Assembly (NCBI GenBank): GCA_016931575.1
Contig: JAFGEO010000146.1
Coordinates: forward strand, 55,728-119,727
Source of the DNA: Bacteroidales bacterium
Lineage (GTDB): Bacteria > Bacteroidota > Bacteroidia > Bacteroidales > UBA10428
Length of the DNA: 64,000 bases
Reading direction: 5' to 3'
Under the pieces are notes generated by a model. The model searched no databases. It was not told the origin of the DNA and saw only the letters and a list, made by a program, of their open reading frames with translations. This document shows positions 60,174 through 64,000 of the stretch, in pieces (position 1 is the first letter of the stretch; each line of letters begins with the position of its first letter). The position numbers were made by a program, and so were the translations under genes.

Positions 60174-60878
60174 ATGACAATACCACAAATCCTAAGAAAA
60201 TCGCTGCTTCTTTTAGCGCTTTCAGTGTTTTTCTGTTTATCTTATGCTCAGAGTCCTACATGGCCAAATCTTCCAAGGGAAGAACCGTTTTTATTTGATA
60301 ATGGGGGCAACTATAATGCTTATCCTCCAAGTTCAAGTACTAGGTGTCAGGTAGCATTTGGTTGGTATTCAGACCAGAAATATGCACATTGGATTGGAAC
60401 ACGTCACCACTCCGGTTCTGGTTATGAGTATAAGAATGCTTTTGATTTTTATTTATGGCAATATGGAGATGCACCTAATGAATTAGGTTCGAATCATGTT
60501 ATGTCAATCACCGGAAGAGGTTTAGCTCTGGGATCTGGCAATTATTATGTCCCCAATGGATATGTAATGGAAGCAGTAGGAAATATCCTGGTAGATGGTA
60601 ATATTGAATGTGAAAAACTAGAAATTAAAAATATTGGTGCAGATTTTGTTTTTGATGCTGACTACCACTTACCTACTCTTTGGGAATTGGAACAGTATAT
60701 TAAACAAAATAAGCATTTACCAGGAATACCAACGGCAACAGAGACAGAACAAGGAGTTGATCTCGGAAAGCTGACCCAAACTCTTTTACAAAAAGTAGAG
60801 GAACTAACTCTTTATACCATTGAACAGGAAAAAAAAATCAGGATACTTGAGCAGCAAATCAATTCAATGAAAAATTAA
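60174..60878 (+). CDS. Exported tail-fibre-like protein with a degenerate S74/ICA-type C-terminus and coiled coil
   Basis: Signal peptide; ADFVFDADYHLPTLWELEQYIKQNKHLPGIPT...LLQKVEELTLYTIEQ. Confidence 0.75.
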   Translation: MTIPQILRKSLLLLALSVFFCLSYAQSPTWPNLPREEPFLFDNGGNYNAYPPSSSTRCQVAFGWYSDQKYAHWIGTRHHSGSGYEYKNAFDFYLWQYGDAPNELGSNHVMSITGRGLALGSGNYYVPNGYVMEAVGNILVDGNIECEKLEIKNIGADFVFDADYHLPTLWELEQYIKQNKHLPGIPTATETEQGVDLGKLTQTLLQKVEELTLYTIEQEKKIRILEQQINSMKN

Positions 60879-60928
60879 GAACTTTCGGAATTCCAGATAA
60901 ATTAATTATAAATGTTAAATCAGATAAA

Positions 60929-61351
60929 ATGAAACATATTCCCCTATATAGTATCATGTTGATGCTGACCCTTTTTACTAAAGTGGCTATTGGTCAGGAA
61001 ATTGATAAATATCCAGCAGATAAGGAAAAACTAAAAATATACGAGCTTGACAAAGTAACTCAGCTCAATATTATTGAAGAAGTAGATTCTCATTTAATGA
61101 CCACAGGAACAGCTGATTCAATAAGTAGCGAACGGAGTAGTGTAAGTATCCCTGTACGTATAAAAGTACGTCTTGATCCAGAGGAATTGCATTCTTACAT
61201 TCCTGAAGTAATATATGAATATCCTGATGGGAAATTAGTAATAGACTATGAAAGCCTTATTGCTATAATATTCTCAGCATACGCTGAGGATCAAAAGAAA
61301 ATTAAAGATTTGGAGCAGGAGGTAGAAAAGCTGAAAGTTAAAATCAAATAG
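60929..61351 (+). CDS. Exported protein with S74-chaperone-like C-terminus and coiled coil
   Basis: Signal peptide; PEELHSYIPEVIYEYPDGKLVIDYESLIAII...QKKIKDLEQEVEKLK. Confidence 0.65.
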   Translation: MKHIPLYSIMLMLTLFTKVAIGQEIDKYPADKEKLKIYELDKVTQLNIIEEVDSHLMTTGTADSISSERSSVSIPVRIKVRLDPEELHSYIPEVIYEYPDGKLVIDYESLIAIIFSAYAEDQKKIKDLEQEVEKLKVKIK

Positions 61352-61363
61352 CCATCGATAAGA

Positions 61364-61849
61364 ATGATAAATAAGATGAGAATAAAAATTTTACGCTTGG
61401 TACTAGTTGGAACTGTCGGGGCCCTTCTTCTACTATCTGTATCAACGATATGCGCCCAATCCATTACATATACCTACTATTATGATGATTGTGGCAATAG
61501 ATATAGTCGAACATCGGATGAGTTAACATCAAAAATTGATAATACTAGTAATTCCTATTCAGAAAAGGCTTCAACAGAAGAAAGCCCGCACATCGAAATA
61601 ATCAAGGACATTAAGGTTTCATTCTATCCAAATCCCACTGAAGGTGCACTGTACCTGGAATTAAGCAATTTAAAAACTGAAACCACTGGTGAAATGCGCA
61701 TTACGGCTTTAGATGGTAAGATTTTAATGATTGAACCTTTAAATGAAGCTACATATATTGATCTGAAGGAATTTGCTGATGGTATATACCTCCTTCAGAT
61801 TCAAATTGACAATGAGGTGAATACTTACAGAATAATAAAACAACAGTAA
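61364..61849 (+). CDS. Small T9SS-sorted protein with a single YD-like element
   Basis: Signal peptide; YYYDDCGNRYSR; FYPNPT...GIYLLQI...YRIIKQ T9SS tail. Confidence 0.8.
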   Translation: MINKMRIKILRLVLVGTVGALLLLSVSTICAQSITYTYYYDDCGNRYSRTSDELTSKIDNTSNSYSEKASTEESPHIEIIKDIKVSFYPNPTEGALYLELSNLKTETTGEMRITALDGKILMIEPLNEATYIDLKEFADGIYLLQIQIDNEVNTYRIIKQQ

Positions 61850-61899
61850 TCTCATTGAGGCATAAAAACAGATTATCAAATCCGACGAATTCAAATCCC

Positions 61900-64000
61900 A
61901 TGAAAAAGATTGTTTGCCCATTCTTATTTTTATTTATTCAAGGTGTGACTGTGTTTTCGCAACTGCCTCCTGATAATTCCGATGTTGAAGCTAAAAGTTT
62001 TACATTCACTGGAGGTGTTTCCGGAAACAATGGAGCATACAGAGCTAGGGATTATATACTTTTTAATCCAAATTCATACACTTACGAATGGTGTGAAAAT
62101 CTAGTGTTTGAAATAGACGAGTCGTTGATTTATGGAACCGATTATCAAACCTATCTAAATCCGACAACAAGAAACCTTAATGAGGATCTCCCTGTTGGTT
62201 CAACCCTTGGTTCATTCCAGGTAACTCCAAACGGTGGAGCCAACTATTCCATACCAATACAAGTTGCTCCCGGGACGGCTGGTATACAGCCAAATATATC
62301 GATATCCTACAACAGTCATGGAGGTGATGGTTTGCTGGGTAAAAGTTGGAGTCTTTCCGGAATCTCTGCAATTACCAGAGGCGGAAAATCTCTTTATTAC
62401 GATGGAACTTCAACTTCAGTTAGCTTAACATCGAGTGACCGCTTTTGGATAGATGGTCAACGGATTGTAGAAGGCGGACCCATTACCTATGGGCGAATTG
62501 ATCAGGTGCACTATACGGAAGTTTACGACTATTCAACCATAACTCCAAAAGGTAACGCCGGCTATGGACCTGCATATTTTTTTGTGGAAAAGAGGGATGG
62601 TACTAAAATATACTACGGAAACTATGGTGGCAGCAATGCGTATTTAAAGTCCCCCGATAATGCTACAATAATTACCTGGTATATAGCCAGAATTGAAGAT
62701 CGCAGGGGTAATTATATCGCATATAATTACGAAAGAGATGATACTAATGGTGAAACCTGGCTTACATCGATTCATTATACAGGAAACGACAGCATGGGTA
62801 TCGATCCTTATAATACCATTGAATTTTATTACCAGGATAGGACTGATTATTCAGATAAGTATGTTGCCGGATGTAAAATAACAAATAAAAAAATACTGCG
62901 GAAGATACGAACTCTATGTGAAGGCCAGTTGGTCCGTTCGTATGTGCCCAAATACTACTTCAATGATTATACAAGGCTGAATGAAATTGAAGAATACAAC
63001 GCAGCTGGTGAGCGCTACAATTCCACTGTGGTTGGATGGGGTGCAAAAGTAACCTCAAATACAAGCTTTACAGGGCCATATACTCCTGAGGACAATGAAA
63101 AAGAACTATATTTTGGTTTTGCTGACTTTAATGGAGATGGATTAACTGATTTTTTAAAATGTCGTAAGACCGACGAAACTACTCAACGGAATTTTGAATG
63201 GGAAGTATGGATAGCCCAATATAATTCTTTTGTCAGAACCGATACTGGAACCTGGGAGTTTACTGATGCGGTTGGTTTCCAATTTATCCCGGGAGATTTT
63301 AATGGTGATGAATTTAATGACCTGGTGGTTTGTGTTGATCTGGATGGTGGTAACAATAGCCAGGTATATTGTTTTGAATCCTTAGGGACGACTCTAAGTT
63401 GTGATGAGAATGATTATTTTCTGGCTGGCGATGCCTATCAATTTTATCCAGCTGATTTAGATCTGGATGGTATTACGGAATTGATCAATATCCATTCCAG
63501 TTCTGTAAGCACTTACAAATTTAATAGTAGCGATCTATCAATTCCTCCTACCGAAGTGAGTATTGGGTTAAATTTAGGAGATAATATGAAATCTCTTAGC
63601 TATTTCGATGGTGACTCAAAACCTGATATTTTTTCAGTTTCTGAATCGGATATCAAAGTGTATGAATTGTCTCTTTCTGGTTATTCACAGATATTCTCAT
63701 CGACGCAAATAAATAGCCATAATGCTACACGGTTATATACTGGTGATTTCAATGGTGATCGTAACGTGGATATTTTGACATGGCACGGAGACGAAGACTG
63801 GAATTTATTTTATAATACGGGCATTGAATTATTGGCTTCTACGGCTCCCTCATTACCCAATATTGATATGGAAGCAACGCCGGTTGATAACAACATATTC
63901 CTTCATGATTTCAATGCTGATGGAAAAACAGACATTGTATATGCCTATCGTAATGTTAATAATTCCAATCTCGACTATTATTATTCGAATGGTTTCGATG
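61900..64000 (+). CDS. SpvB/TcdB-N + FG-GAP repeat protein (Tc-toxin B-like / RHS-type), 3' end outside the window; not in the ORF track
   Basis: Open for 700 codons to the window end: signal peptide MKKIVCPFLFLFIQ; GGANYSIPIQVAPGTAGIQPNISISYNS..GDGLLGKSWSLSG; IEDRRGNYIAYNY; repeated (G)DFNGDGxxD. Confidence 0.88.
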   Translation, partial: MKKIVCPFLFLFIQGVTVFSQLPPDNSDVEAKSFTFTGGVSGNNGAYRARDYILFNPNSYTYEWCENLVFEIDESLIYGTDYQTYLNPTTRNLNEDLPVGSTLGSFQVTPNGGANYSIPIQVAPGTAGIQPNISISYNSHGGDGLLGKSWSLSGISAITRGGKSLYYDGTSTSVSLTSSDRFWIDGQRIVEGGPITYGRIDQVHYTEVYDYSTITPKGNAGYGPAYFFVEKRDGTKIYYGNYGGSNAYLKSPDNATIITWYIARIEDRRGNYIAYNYERDDTNGETWLTSIHYTGNDSMGIDPYNTIEFYYQDRTDYSDKYVAGCKITNKKILRKIRTLCEGQLVRSYVPKYYFNDYTRLNEIEEYNAAGERYNSTVVGWGAKVTSNTSFTGPYTPEDNEKELYFGFADFNGDGLTDFLKCRKTDETTQRNFEWEVWIAQYNSFVRTDTGTWEFTDAVGFQFIPGDFNGDEFNDLVVCVDLDGGNNSQVYCFESLGTTLSCDENDYFLAGDAYQFYPADLDLDGITELINIHSSSVSTYKFNSSDLSIPPTEVSIGLNLGDNMKSLSYFDGDSKPDIFSVSESDIKVYELSLSGYSQIFSSTQINSHNATRLYTGDFNGDRNVDILTWHGDEDWNLFYNTGIELLASTAPSLPNIDMEATPVDNNIFLHDFNADGKTDIVYAYRNVNNSNLDYYYSNGFD

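Noticed and set aside
60174-61351. Prophage, based on tail-fibre-like domains
   Set aside because: Both proteins have Sec signal peptides, and no capsid, terminase, portal or integrase genes are present.

Overview
Bacterial chromosomal DNA, most likely a Bacteroidota (Bacteroidales/Marinilabiliales-like) saccharolytic anaerobe, judged from SusC/SusD, T9SS C-terminal sorting domains, ECF-sigma/FecR pairs, TAnnTTTG promoters and hcp. It carries CAZymes (two GH3, GH43+CBM13, PL1), a PUL with two carboxylesterases and a DonS-like antisense sRNA architecture, hcp plus a ferredoxin, two ABC-2 exporters and several GT-C/GT2 glycosyltransferases. The right end is an AT-rich mosaic: TonB receptor/DUF4249, an IS4 remnant, and an S74-like/T9SS/SpvB-FG-GAP locus running off the window. 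Best candidates for undescribed systems: (1) an ECF sigma whose FecR-type anti-sigma ends in a copy of a neighbouring secreted Gln-rich protein, with the same 26-bp promoter motif upstream of both genes; (2) an arylsulfotransferase / 47-aa YIGPG membrane peptide / PAPS-sulfotransferase operon that could be a sulfate relay; (3) a signal-peptide-bearing S74-like/T9SS/SpvB-FG-GAP toxin-like locus. Two otherwise intact genes (hcp and an ArnT-like GT) each carry one in-frame TAG. No rRNA, tRNA or CRISPR array was seen. All family calls come from motif recognition by eye, not database searches.
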